Positions 56,398-64,000 of a stretch of DNA of 64,000 nt are shown piece by piece. The position numbers and the translations under genes are program-made. How positions within the stretch are numbered: the first letter of the stretch is position 1; every line of letters begins with the position of its first letter. The stretch is from a virus: positions 1 to 64,000 of IMG/VR virus record IMGVR_UViG_3300025121_000038. The stretch is one strand, 5' to 3'. Below the pieces are notes generated by a model, which was not told where the DNA came from, made no database searches, and was given only the letters and a program-made list of their open reading frames with translations.

Positions 56398-56789
56398 TAC
56401 TCTCTTTCTGCTTTCTTCTTATTGATGCCAGTTCGTAAAATTTGCCCAGTCAGATATAGGTTTTCACCGAACATACCTGTGGGCCAGTTAGGGCATGCTC
56501 CATATTTATTAACTGTTACTGGTAAGGCTTGTGTAGTATGAGTTTCTTCGTCAGACTCCTCATACTCAAATCGGACTTCATCTTGGGCTAAAACGCCTTG
56601 AGCTACTAGTAGTCTGAGAGCATTGAAAAGATCGATGTTTTCGATTTTGATTTCAGAGATACGACCTTCTCTATAGTCTTCCAAAATGACCTTAGCTCGT
56701 TCTTGGGCGGATTGGTCAGGATTTTTTAATCTTATTTTTAACATGTTTTGCCTTGACAGACGGGTGAAGCCAGTCGTACATCTTCTCAA
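56397..56789 (-). CDS. Hypothetical protein (start probably 56744)
   Basis: Coupled ORF. Confidence 0.5.
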   Translation of the reverse strand: MRRCTTGFTRLSRQNMLKIRLKNPDQSAQERAKVILEDYREGRISEIKIENIDLFNALRLLVAQGVLAQDEVRFEYEESDEETHTTQALPVTVNKYGACPNWPTGMFGENLYLTGQILRTGINKKKAERE

Positions 56790-56915
56790 TCAATGGATGC
56801 CCACAATACCTACAGAACGCATAGTTTCCATCCATAGTTGGAAAGCCGGGTGCATCTTTTGGAATACATTTTCCAGAGTACCTACATGATGTTTTCTTAA
56901 CCATTGGATACATTA

Positions 56916-57116
56916 CTATCCTCGCATCGCTACCACACGATTTCCGACTTTAACTCGTTTGGCTGCATACACCCCGCTCTGTCCGACCCAATCAACCACC
57001 TTCTGAGCCTTGCTGCGGTCAGGGTACACAGTAGCCTTCATGATGTCAGAAAGCCAGGATTCAGTCTTCTTGTCCCAATACTGACTATTTCGAATTACAA
57101 CCCATTCAAAGCCCAT
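56916..57116 (-). CDS. Hypothetical protein
   Basis: AAGGA RBS. Confidence 0.55.
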   Translation of the reverse strand: MGFEWVVIRNSQYWDKKTESWLSDIMKATVYPDRSKAQKVVDWVGQSGVYAAKRVKVGNRVVAMRG

Positions 57117-57137
57117 GATATATTCCTTTCAAAAGGT

Positions 57138-57347
57138 TTAGCGGTTGGGGTCAAACATATAAGAAGGGAGCCGGGTCTCGATATAAATCGGTTTTGTGGG
57201 CTGGCTAGGTGTTAGGTCACGCTTGTTGTCTTCGTAGTTTGAGTACCGGAAGTCGTCATCACGGTTTTCGTCACCGTACTGGTCAAGCTCGTTATCGTAG
57301 CTCATTGCTTCTTCATCCTTATGCTTTCGGTTACTGTTCATGTTCAT
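57138..57347 (-). CDS. Small acidic hypothetical protein
   Basis: Promoter motif at 57354. Confidence 0.5.
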   Translation of the reverse strand: MNMNSNRKHKDEEAMSYDNELDQYGDENRDDDFRYSNYEDNKRDLTPSQPTKPIYIETRLPSYMFDPNR

Positions 57348-57374
57348 AAAGATAACGATGTGTGGTTAGATTAT

Positions 57375-57866
57375 TTAAGACAAGAAATACATCTTTCTTG
57401 CTTCTGAGGAAGATAAAAGATTCATGCCGAAAATGTTTTCTGGTATTAGTTTATTGGCTCTATTAGCGATATTCATAGTCATGAATGTACCACTGTACAT
57501 TTTCTTTCCAGTCCAAAAAGCGGCTACCGTGTCACTTAATTCTACTATATGTTCATTCCGAGCACGGTATGTAACTCGACTGTCATGTACTATATCTGCT
57601 GTGTCACATACAGACATGTCTACCTTTTTCTTATCATAAGGTAGAGTCACTATCCTCTTAATGTGAGGATGGTTTATATAGAACCAATGATGGACATAGA
57701 CATCGATACCTATACACCCACCTGTAACTATCGTGTCCGGTTGTAGTCTTAAGAATAAATCTTCCAAACACGCATCGACATATGCTTTTTCACCATTACG
57801 AAGGGTCTGAGTTCCTGTAAATCCTAAGATCATGTTTTTAAGACTTTTGGCCAAAGTTACTTTCAA
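57375..57866 (-). CDS. SLOG/DprA-YspA-like Rossmann-fold protein
   Basis: GFTG, VTGG..GID, Y.ARN..IV..SD...AFW.G....GT..T. Confidence 0.7.
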   Translation of the reverse strand: MKVTLAKSLKNMILGFTGTQTLRNGEKAYVDACLEDLFLRLQPDTIVTGGCIGIDVYVHHWFYINHPHIKRIVTLPYDKKKVDMSVCDTADIVHDSRVTYRARNEHIVELSDTVAAFWTGKKMYSGTFMTMNIANRANKLIPENIFGMNLLSSSEARKMYFLS

Positions 57867-57882
57867 TTATAAGTCTATGTGC

Positions 57883-58179
57883 TCAATCATTTTGATTTCC
57901 ACTTTGAATAATATCGCTTTGCTTAACGTGTTTTATCAACCACGGTCTGAAAGTGTTTATAAACACTTCTCTATCTAAAATTTCTAGTATCGCGCGATCT
58001 TCGGAATAACGAACCACACACCCACGCAACTCTTTAAAAGCGTCTTTAGCATATTCAGCTTCCGTCCGGCCTTTGAATAGCTCTTCGTTGAACTCAACCT
58101 CCGCTATAATTCTATAGATGTCGTCCAAACTCGGTCGACCTAATACCATATTCATAAAATTATTCAAAAACTTTTTCAT
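57883..58179 (-). CDS. Hypothetical protein, paralog of 58242..58463
   Basis: F..EL..GRTE.E.A..A..EL.G shared. Confidence 0.65.
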   Translation of the reverse strand: MKKFLNNFMNMVLGRPSLDDIYRIIAEVEFNEELFKGRTEAEYAKDAFKELRGCVVRYSEDRAILEILDREVFINTFRPWLIKHVKQSDIIQSGNQND

Positions 58180-58241
58180 CTAAACTAACCCTTCCATGAA
58201 TGATGTGACTAATAACACTTGAGTTCTCGTAAACCCTAAAA

Positions 58242-58463
58242 TCACTGGTCTACAACTAGCTTGTTTAGGTATTTTTCAAACCACGCATCCATACCTGCTA
58301 CAAACGCATCTGCATCGACAATACGCAATTCCAAAGCCCCAACAACCTCAACTCCAGGCAGCTCCGAAATAGCTTCTTGAGCTACTTCCTCTTCAGTCCG
58401 CCCTGCCAAAAGCTCCGGTTTGAAACTCATTTTCGTAAAAATCGAAGTCAAGTCTTTAGACAT
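58242..58463 (-). CDS. Hypothetical protein, paralog of 57883..58179
   Basis: Shared motif. Confidence 0.65.
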   Translation of the reverse strand: MSKDLTSIFTKMSFKPELLAGRTEEEVAQEAISELPGVEVVGALELRIVDADAFVAGMDAWFEKYLNKLVVDQ

Positions 58464-58474
58464 GTTACTACCCT

Positions 58475-59323
58475 CTAAAATTTAGTTTCTCCATGTATCG
58501 GATGATAGACAGACCTAGCATCCAAATCAATTAAGACGTATTTAGGCGGACAAGCCCCAGGTTGTATAGCTAATGTATCTCCTATACTCGTATACCATTG
58601 TCCTGTGGTCCTTGGAGACTCATGTATATGTCCGTGGAGACTAAGCAAAGGTTGGTGCTTTGCTATGTAATCCAATCCTGCTTTAGATCCTACACGCTCT
58701 CCATTACTGATTACGTCTAAACCTCCGTGTGAGGGAGGTGAGTGCATAACGAAAATGCTTTTGGAAAAATCAGGTGAACCAGGTAACTTTGACAGTCTTT
58801 CTTTAAGAGTTGGTCTTCTGGCTATTTCATCCTCCCATGATCCACTTAGTTTTACAAAATGGAATTGGTCTGTGATAACTGGATCACTATATTGAACAAG
58901 ATTTGGAATGGGTTCTAAGTCTCCACAAACCCAGTCTTTTAAACCAAAGGGATAATCAGGAACCCAAGGCATACCTAAAATCCAATACTCACCGAACCGA
59001 ATCCATCCTCTTTCATCTAAACGAATCATAGTACCAAGACTATCTGCTTTATCTAAAAGATGGACAATGCCTTTTGCATCGTCATTACCAAATTGAGTAT
59101 AGAACCGGATTCCATTTTGTCTCAATCTCTCAGCTTCGGGTAATAACCAGGATTGAAAAAATTCCTGCTGTGACTTACTAAAAGGAGTTCCTGATTTGAA
59201 ATTCTTGGGTAATATATCTCCACCGTTTACTATTACTTGACATTTAAAATCAATAGCCGCTTGGAACGCTTCTTTATATGCACTATGGTTACCATGAAAA
59301 TCTGTGATATAAATAAATCTCAT
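58475..59323 (-). CDS. Metallophosphoesterase (Icc-like)
   Basis: TDFHG, GGD, GNDD, H.PP, HGHIHE. Confidence 0.88.
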   Translation of the reverse strand: MRFIYITDFHGNHSAYKEAFQAAIDFKCQVIVNGGDILPKNFKSGTPFSKSQQEFFQSWLLPEAERLRQNGIRFYTQFGNDDAKGIVHLLDKADSLGTMIRLDERGWIRFGEYWILGMPWVPDYPFGLKDWVCGDLEPIPNLVQYSDPVITDQFHFVKLSGSWEDEIARRPTLKERLSKLPGSPDFSKSIFVMHSPPSHGGLDVISNGERVGSKAGLDYIAKHQPLLSLHGHIHESPRTTGQWYTSIGDTLAIQPGACPPKYVLIDLDARSVYHPIHGETKF

Positions 59324-59596
59324 TTATTCCTCAAAAATTAGGTCTAGTTTGTTTACATGTCTAAGAAACTGTGAAGGAATTCCATATACAGGGTTCTTCT
59401 TTTTACCGTCTTGTATGACCGCTACTATACCGGGACAATCTGAAACTCCAAAATCACAATCTCGATAAAGTTTTACAGGATGGAATTTAGACCCTTTGAA
59501 AAGCGTTACAGAATTGGTCCATATTTCATAATCTTGGGTGAGAATATAAACTTGACTAGATATTTCTCGTATTTCTGTATTACGAACTCTCCCCAT
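59324..59596 (-). CDS. Hypothetical protein with C-terminal KLDLIFEE
   Basis: Related to 59679 and 60424. Confidence 0.6.
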   Translation of the reverse strand: MGRVRNTEIREISSQVYILTQDYEIWTNSVTLFKGSKFHPVKLYRDCDFGVSDCPGIVAVIQDGKKKNPVYGIPSQFLRHVNKLDLIFEE

Positions 59597-59678
59597 CTAA
59601 AACCCTTTTTCTAATCTTATGAGATGTCAACATTATAAGCATTGTGATTGCCGTGAAAATCCATGATATAAATAAATC

Positions 59679-59966
59679 TCATATATCCTCAAACAAAAGA
59701 CCTAATTTTGTTACACTATAAACAAGTTTTAATTTTTGTGATGGGAACCCACGTACTTTTGATTTTGTTATATTATCAATATTCACAACAGCCACATAAT
59801 CTGGGGCAACGTCTAAACAATGTCCAAAAGGTTTATCTGGATATATTTTGACAAGTTTGACTTTATCTCCTATCTTAAAATCAAACTTACTACCAAAGTC
59901 CCAAGAGTGAGACTCTACTACCTCATAAGTTTCTTCAGAAACTCCCAATATATCAAGAAACATCAT
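59679..59966 (-). CDS. Hypothetical protein with C-terminal KLGLLFEDI
   Basis: Related to 59324 and 60424. Confidence 0.6.
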   Translation of the reverse strand: MMFLDILGVSEETYEVVESHSWDFGSKFDFKIGDKVKLVKIYPDKPFGHCLDVAPDYVAVVNIDNITKSKVRGFPSQKLKLVYSVTKLGLLFEDI

Positions 59967-60414
59967 TAACCAACCGGTCTCTAATATTATGTAGCCTAGA
60001 GCAAAACTCTGTTTCTGTTAAAACCGTGTCTGATTTTTTGCTTTTACCCATACTATGAGTCAGGACAGCATTACCTGTAGAAAGAAGTGCTCTTCGAAAA
60101 CCCTGATTTTTAGACAAAGCATCAAAAGCTCTATCCAATAAGTCTTGATACTCTTCAGAATCTCGTTTGTAAGCTACATCATTCCACCACAGAGTCTGAA
60201 CAGATTTCCAGGCTTTATTACGTTTCTGTCCTCTGCGCTTTGCGGCTAAACCAACAAGCTTACATACTTCTACCTGGATGTGGATCTTATCAAACTTAAA
60301 GGACTGTAGGAGGCCTTCAAAACTGTTACATTCTACTCCATCAAACACGAACGGATGAGGAGCAAAATTACTCAAAGAGCTAGAAGCTCCTCCACTTTTT
60401 GACCCTATGTTCAT
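59953..60414 (-). CDS. NADAR-family protein (T4 gp30.3-like)
   Basis: LSNF..HPF.FDG.EC.S.EG.LQS.K...AK..G...TL.W...ALL.TG...L.H. Confidence 0.8.
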   Translation of the reverse strand: MNIGSKSGGASSSLSNFAPHPFVFDGVECNSFEGLLQSFKFDKIHIQVEVCKLVGLAAKRRGQKRNKAWKSVQTLWWNDVAYKRDSEEYQDLLDRAFDALSKNQGFRRALLSTGNAVLTHSMGKSKKSDTVLTETEFCSRLHNIRDRLVNDVS

Positions 60415-60423
60415 GATTTTCTT

Positions 60424-60756
60424 CTACTCCTCAAATAATAAAGATTCCCGTGTTGGTAAATTTGACCATAAAGTCAAACTACTTCTAAGTATTCCCATAG
60501 CCCAACACTTTGGCTGAGGTATAAAATAGTCTTTTACTGCTAAAACATAAGACGAATTCCACTTATAAAAACCATAGGGCACATCATCTTTTTCACGTAT
60601 TAGTCTAACTCTTTCACCAACATAGAAATTATATTCTATTACGCCAACTGTCATAGGTGTTGTTATGATATATATTTCAGGAGAACATTCCATGACCACT
60701 ATGCTTCCATCTGTAGAATGATTACAAACGTTAGCATATATCATATCACAAGTCAT
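60424..60756 (-). CDS. Hypothetical protein with C-terminal RESLLFEE
   Basis: Related to 59324 and 59679. Confidence 0.6.
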   Translation of the reverse strand: MTCDMIYANVCNHSTDGSIVVMECSPEIYIITTPMTVGVIEYNFYVGERVRLIREKDDVPYGFYKWNSSYVLAVKDYFIPQPKCWAMGILRSSLTLWSNLPTRESLLFEE

Positions 60757-61058
60757 TTTTTGAATTTCCTGGGATTATACTGAGCTTTATAACACAAAGC
60801 AATATAGAGACCTTTATCTATCCCCATTCCTTTCCAAAATCTCTTCTCAGCCTCTACGAAGAGATTCCCATAAATATCTTGGGATTTTTCCAGAAAAGAG
60901 TAATACAGGGTCGTCATACGTCTTATGTCCGCCACTGTATATTTTGAATATGCAGCCTTAATAGCTATACCTTTTTCAGACTGCGACATTTCTTCGTAAA
61001 GTTTTGAAGAGACAATAGACTTAGATAGGTCGGTCAATCTAGAAGGAACATCAGACAT
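60753..61058 (-). CDS. Hypothetical protein
   Basis: GGAG RBS. Confidence 0.55.
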   Translation of the reverse strand: MSDVPSRLTDLSKSIVSSKLYEEMSQSEKGIAIKAAYSKYTVADIRRMTTLYYSFLEKSQDIYGNLFVEAEKRFWKGMGIDKGLYIALCYKAQYNPRKFKK

Positions 61059-61097
61059 AGGTCACTCCATATTTTTATGTTATGGAGTACAAACGCA

Positions 61098-62279
61098 TTA
61101 CAGCCCAATAAGATAAGGAGCAAATGTTTGCGGATGCAGATTAATATACCAGGCACCATAACCAATCACAACACAACATATCAAACCCACAAAGGCATAT
61201 CCTACCAGGCTCTTCGCGGGTATCTCAAACAGTTTGATCAATACCCATAGTCCAAGAGCTGTTCCTGCGTATTTTGATAGACCCACAAAGTCAAAATACT
61301 GCCCGAAGAAAACCATACCTAAAGCACCACCTACCATCAGGAGGTTAGCGAGAAGCCGCTCCGGATCAAACCCGTCACTGTAGTACCATTTAGCAGAGTA
61401 AATTAAGAGTCCGCCGAATCCTGCTATGGAACATATGTGGAAAACGCCTGGCTCAAATATAGATACAAAACCTAACTGACTACCTCCTAGCCTAAACATC
61501 ACGAATGCGGATAACATAAGAAGGGCTGTGATGGTAGTACGAGGTACTAGTCTCTCAAACATTTTACCATACGCGTCGCTAAACCAAATGGACAACATTA
61601 AGGTCAATATAGCTACAGCTGCGGTCAGTTGGGATCCAAAATATATAGCTAGGATCGCAGTCCCTACCCCGTGTATAAATAGTAAAACCGGACCAGCGTC
61701 TTCTAATTTGACATTGATGTGCAAATACGAGCTGAGCGAAAGTCCACATCCAAACAGTACCGAGGCTAGTAATGTCAAGTATGTTTGTACAGCCGGGTCA
61801 GAACCTGGAAGGATAGATACTACATAGGCTATGAGCGCATAAAGTCCTAACTCCCAAACCACTTTAGGCACAGCTAGTATCACCTCTGATAGATGGAAAA
61901 GTATCACCCCTAAACAGAATACCCCAAGCCCTATTACAAGGACCCATACAAAATTAATGAAAGTGATGTATGCGGCCACCTTTTGCATCACATTTAATTC
62001 GGGTGTTGTCTCTAACCCCACTTTCAAATTCATTAAAGATTCAATATTAAGAGTTGACTTTGTCAAACTAGAGGCATCTTTAAGATATTGATTTATAATA
62101 GGTTGGGCTTGTCCTTCTGTGATAGCTTGGCCAGAAACCATCTTTTGAACTGTATCTACTCGTATTTGAAGAACAGCTATGTCTCTTGGATTTGGAGAAC
62201 CATTTTGACTTTGAGCCGACAGGGGTACGGTTAACATACAGAAAAACAAACTTAACATCCAAACCAATCTTTTCAACAT
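61098..62279 (-). CDS. Multi-pass membrane protein with signal peptide
   Basis: MLKRLVWMLSLFF... signal-like start after AAGGA; about 10-11 hydrophobic segments. Confidence 0.7.
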   Translation of the reverse strand: MLKRLVWMLSLFFCMLTVPLSAQSQNGSPNPRDIAVLQIRVDTVQKMVSGQAITEGQAQPIINQYLKDASSLTKSTLNIESLMNLKVGLETTPELNVMQKVAAYITFINFVWVLVIGLGVFCLGVILFHLSEVILAVPKVVWELGLYALIAYVVSILPGSDPAVQTYLTLLASVLFGCGLSLSSYLHINVKLEDAGPVLLFIHGVGTAILAIYFGSQLTAAVAILTLMLSIWFSDAYGKMFERLVPRTTITALLMLSAFVMFRLGGSQLGFVSIFEPGVFHICSIAGFGGLLIYSAKWYYSDGFDPERLLANLLMVGGALGMVFFGQYFDFVGLSKYAGTALGLWVLIKLFEIPAKSLVGYAFVGLICCVVIGYGAWYINLHPQTFAPYLIGL

Positions 62280-62629
62280 ACTTTTCCTTTCATAGAATGT
62301 GTATTGCATCTGACTCCCAAATAATCTGATCTTGAATAAACCCATATAAGACGACATCTAAATGTATGTAATGACTAGAGGATCTACGTCTATCATCAAT
62401 ACGGTATGTACCTTGATGATATATAAATTCTAGTCCTGGATTGCTTTTATCTAAACCCCTCAATATGTTCTTTTTTCTGAGGATTATACGTGACCCTTCA
62501 GATAAAACTTCAAACCCAACAAATAGTTGATCATTACAGATAAATACAGATTATACAGAAAAGACTCTAAAGCCTCTTCTGTATAATCTGTCTCTTCTTC
62601 AAAAAGTAAGCTTAGTCTATCCATATAGG

Positions 62630-62702
62630 TGCCCCTGGTGGGTTTTGATCCCACTGCCTTGGTATTTAAAGTACCTCGCTCTTCCAATTGAGCTACAGGG
62701 AC
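62630..62702 (-). tRNA. tRNA with TTA anticodon (ochre-suppressor-like)
   Basis: GTCCCTG-TA-GCTC-AATTGGAA-GAGC-G-AGGTA-CTTTAAA-TACCA-AGGCA-GTGGG-ATCAAAA-CCCAC-CAGGGGC-A. Confidence 0.75.
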
Positions 62703-63079
62703 ATTTTTAATTTTATATCTTCTAATGCTTCCTTAATATGTTTTGGAAGACACAAATCTCTCATCCATTTAGGGTATTGTCTTAGCTCTTTATAGTCCAG
62801 GTCAACCCTATACACCCACCATCCATATCTATCATGACCATTCGGAAAGGGTAGTCTGAGCTGTTCGATATAATCTATTATCCATTCTATACACTCTGAA
62901 CATGTAGGAGCATTTGACGTTGTCCAGACGCAACTCCCTATGTTCATATAATATAACCTTAAACCACATCTAAAATAGATACTTCCGAATTTGTCTACTC
63001 TATCTATCATGTGGATAGGTTCTTCATCTTGTTGATACCAACATTGCGATATTGGGTAATGTCCTACGTCTATCATCAA
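62693..63079 (-). CDS. Hypothetical protein
   Basis: 128-aa ORF whose stop lies within the tRNA 5' end. Confidence 0.55.
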   Translation of the reverse strand: MMIDVGHYPISQCWYQQDEEPIHMIDRVDKFGSIYFRCGLRLYYMNIGSCVWTTSNAPTCSECIEWIIDYIEQLRLPFPNGHDRYGWWVYRVDLDYKELRQYPKWMRDLCLPKHIKEALEDIKLKMSL

Positions 63080-63513
63080 TCGAACAATAACTCCATGCGT
63101 GACGTAAGTTCTGCTTGAGTCAAACCTTCAGTATTCGGACCCAGATAAACATCACATTCCATCATGTTTACATCTTTAAGCTTTGCCCAGAATAGACCCG
63201 CTTTAATAACTTTTTTGCCAGTTCCATTCCAGTCAAGGTGTTTTACACTGAAAGTAAGACTGTCGTACGTATCCGCTGTTCCCTGACGGATATATACTCG
63301 CCTCACCCGAAAGATGGTGCCTTTAGGTAATGTTACAGATACCACGACATTTACCATGTTTTCTCCGTAAAGTCCCCAATTAGCCCTAATATCTGTAAAG
63401 TGTCCAAGCTTTTGCCCAAAAGACATATTGCGTCGTTCTGGGTACAGGCGAAACGTCCAAGGAGCGGTAAGTATTAGCTCTGTTTTACAATTAGGCACGA
63501 ACAATTTCATCAT
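63076..63513 (-). CDS. Hypothetical protein with C-terminal RMELLFD
   Basis: 145-aa ORF with ATGA overlaps. Confidence 0.6.
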   Translation of the reverse strand: MMKLFVPNCKTELILTAPWTFRLYPERRNMSFGQKLGHFTDIRANWGLYGENMVNVVVSVTLPKGTIFRVRRVYIRQGTADTYDSLTFSVKHLDWNGTGKKVIKAGLFWAKLKDVNMMECDVYLGPNTEGLTQAELTSRMELLFD

Positions 63514-63908
63514 ATCTCCATCTTCAATCGAGTTGTTGGTATCACTATGGCTTTTACTTCACACACTTCTAATATAGCAACTATCTTCTTAGACTCGTCT
63601 TTACTCCAATACCCAAGAAGGAAAGGACCTACCATAGAAGCCATTGCTTCTACCTTTATCTTTGCATCGTATAGTCCGATATCAAAAATCTTTCTAAAAG
63701 CTTTGATTAAATGTAGTTTCCCTCTATGCTCCTGCACTATAACTACGTCATCTTCTCTATATGCATTATCGAATAACGTTTCCGACCCAGGTGAAAACTC
63801 AGACAAATCTCTGTCAAAATACTTAGAATCTTTAAGTAAGTAGAATATTTCACCTACTTCTTCTAAGTTACTGTTCAAAAGGTATGTCAGAACTTCTTCT
63901 TTAGTCAT
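63510..63908 (-). CDS. Ribosomal protein bL12 (L7/L12) C-terminal-domain-like protein
   Basis: KLHLIKAFRKIFDIGLYDAKIKVE...SKDES.KI...LE resembles the bL12 KI.VIK.VR...GLGLKEAK.LVE motif. Confidence 0.6.
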   Translation of the reverse strand: MTKEEVLTYLLNSNLEEVGEIFYLLKDSKYFDRDLSEFSPGSETLFDNAYREDDVVIVQEHRGKLHLIKAFRKIFDIGLYDAKIKVEAMASMVGPFLLGYWSKDESKKIVAILEVCEVKAIVIPTTRLKMEI

Positions 63909-64000
63909 TGAAGTAATGCGAAAATACCGGCCAGTTCAGAGTCTACAACGGGAGTCTGTCCATCCGGAACCAGGGTTCCATTTAAGCAGTCCGTCTTACC

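Noticed and set aside
1-64000. Stop-codon reassignment
   Set aside because: Recognisable genes are intact under the standard code and end in TAA, TAG or TGA with normal ATGA overlaps.

Overview
This is a 64-kb segment of a large (jumbo-type) bacteriophage genome. It is AT-rich, densely packed with short genes and almost entirely transcribed on the minus strand. Its core (about 14.4-40 kb) is a translation-support island with about 30 canonical tRNA genes, several non-canonical tRNA-like RNAs and structured spacer RNAs, a miniature 419-aa leucyl-tRNA synthetase and EF-Tu. Elsewhere lie an intein-containing RtcB, an N-terminally truncated RF1-like factor, a bL12-like protein, IscA/IscU, a CoaD-CoaE fusion, a vWA/Ser-Thr kinase pair, a giant PARP-like protein, macrodomain and NADAR proteins, and a tRNA with a UUA (ochre) anticodon. 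Four observations stand out. (i) Seven free-standing endonuclease genes sit inside tRNA genes or tuf, each leaving a displaced fragment of the target, and most have an intact replacement copy on the other side. (ii) The LeuRS lacks its editing and C-terminal domains and co-occurs with a parallel set of short-variable-arm tRNA-Leu. (iii) Some tRNA-like RNAs are permuted or carry two T-loops. (iv) A promoter-like motif TCTnA-N18-CGTT recurs at 16 gene-boundary or intergenic sites. All calls come from reading the sequence and motifs by eye; no searches were run.
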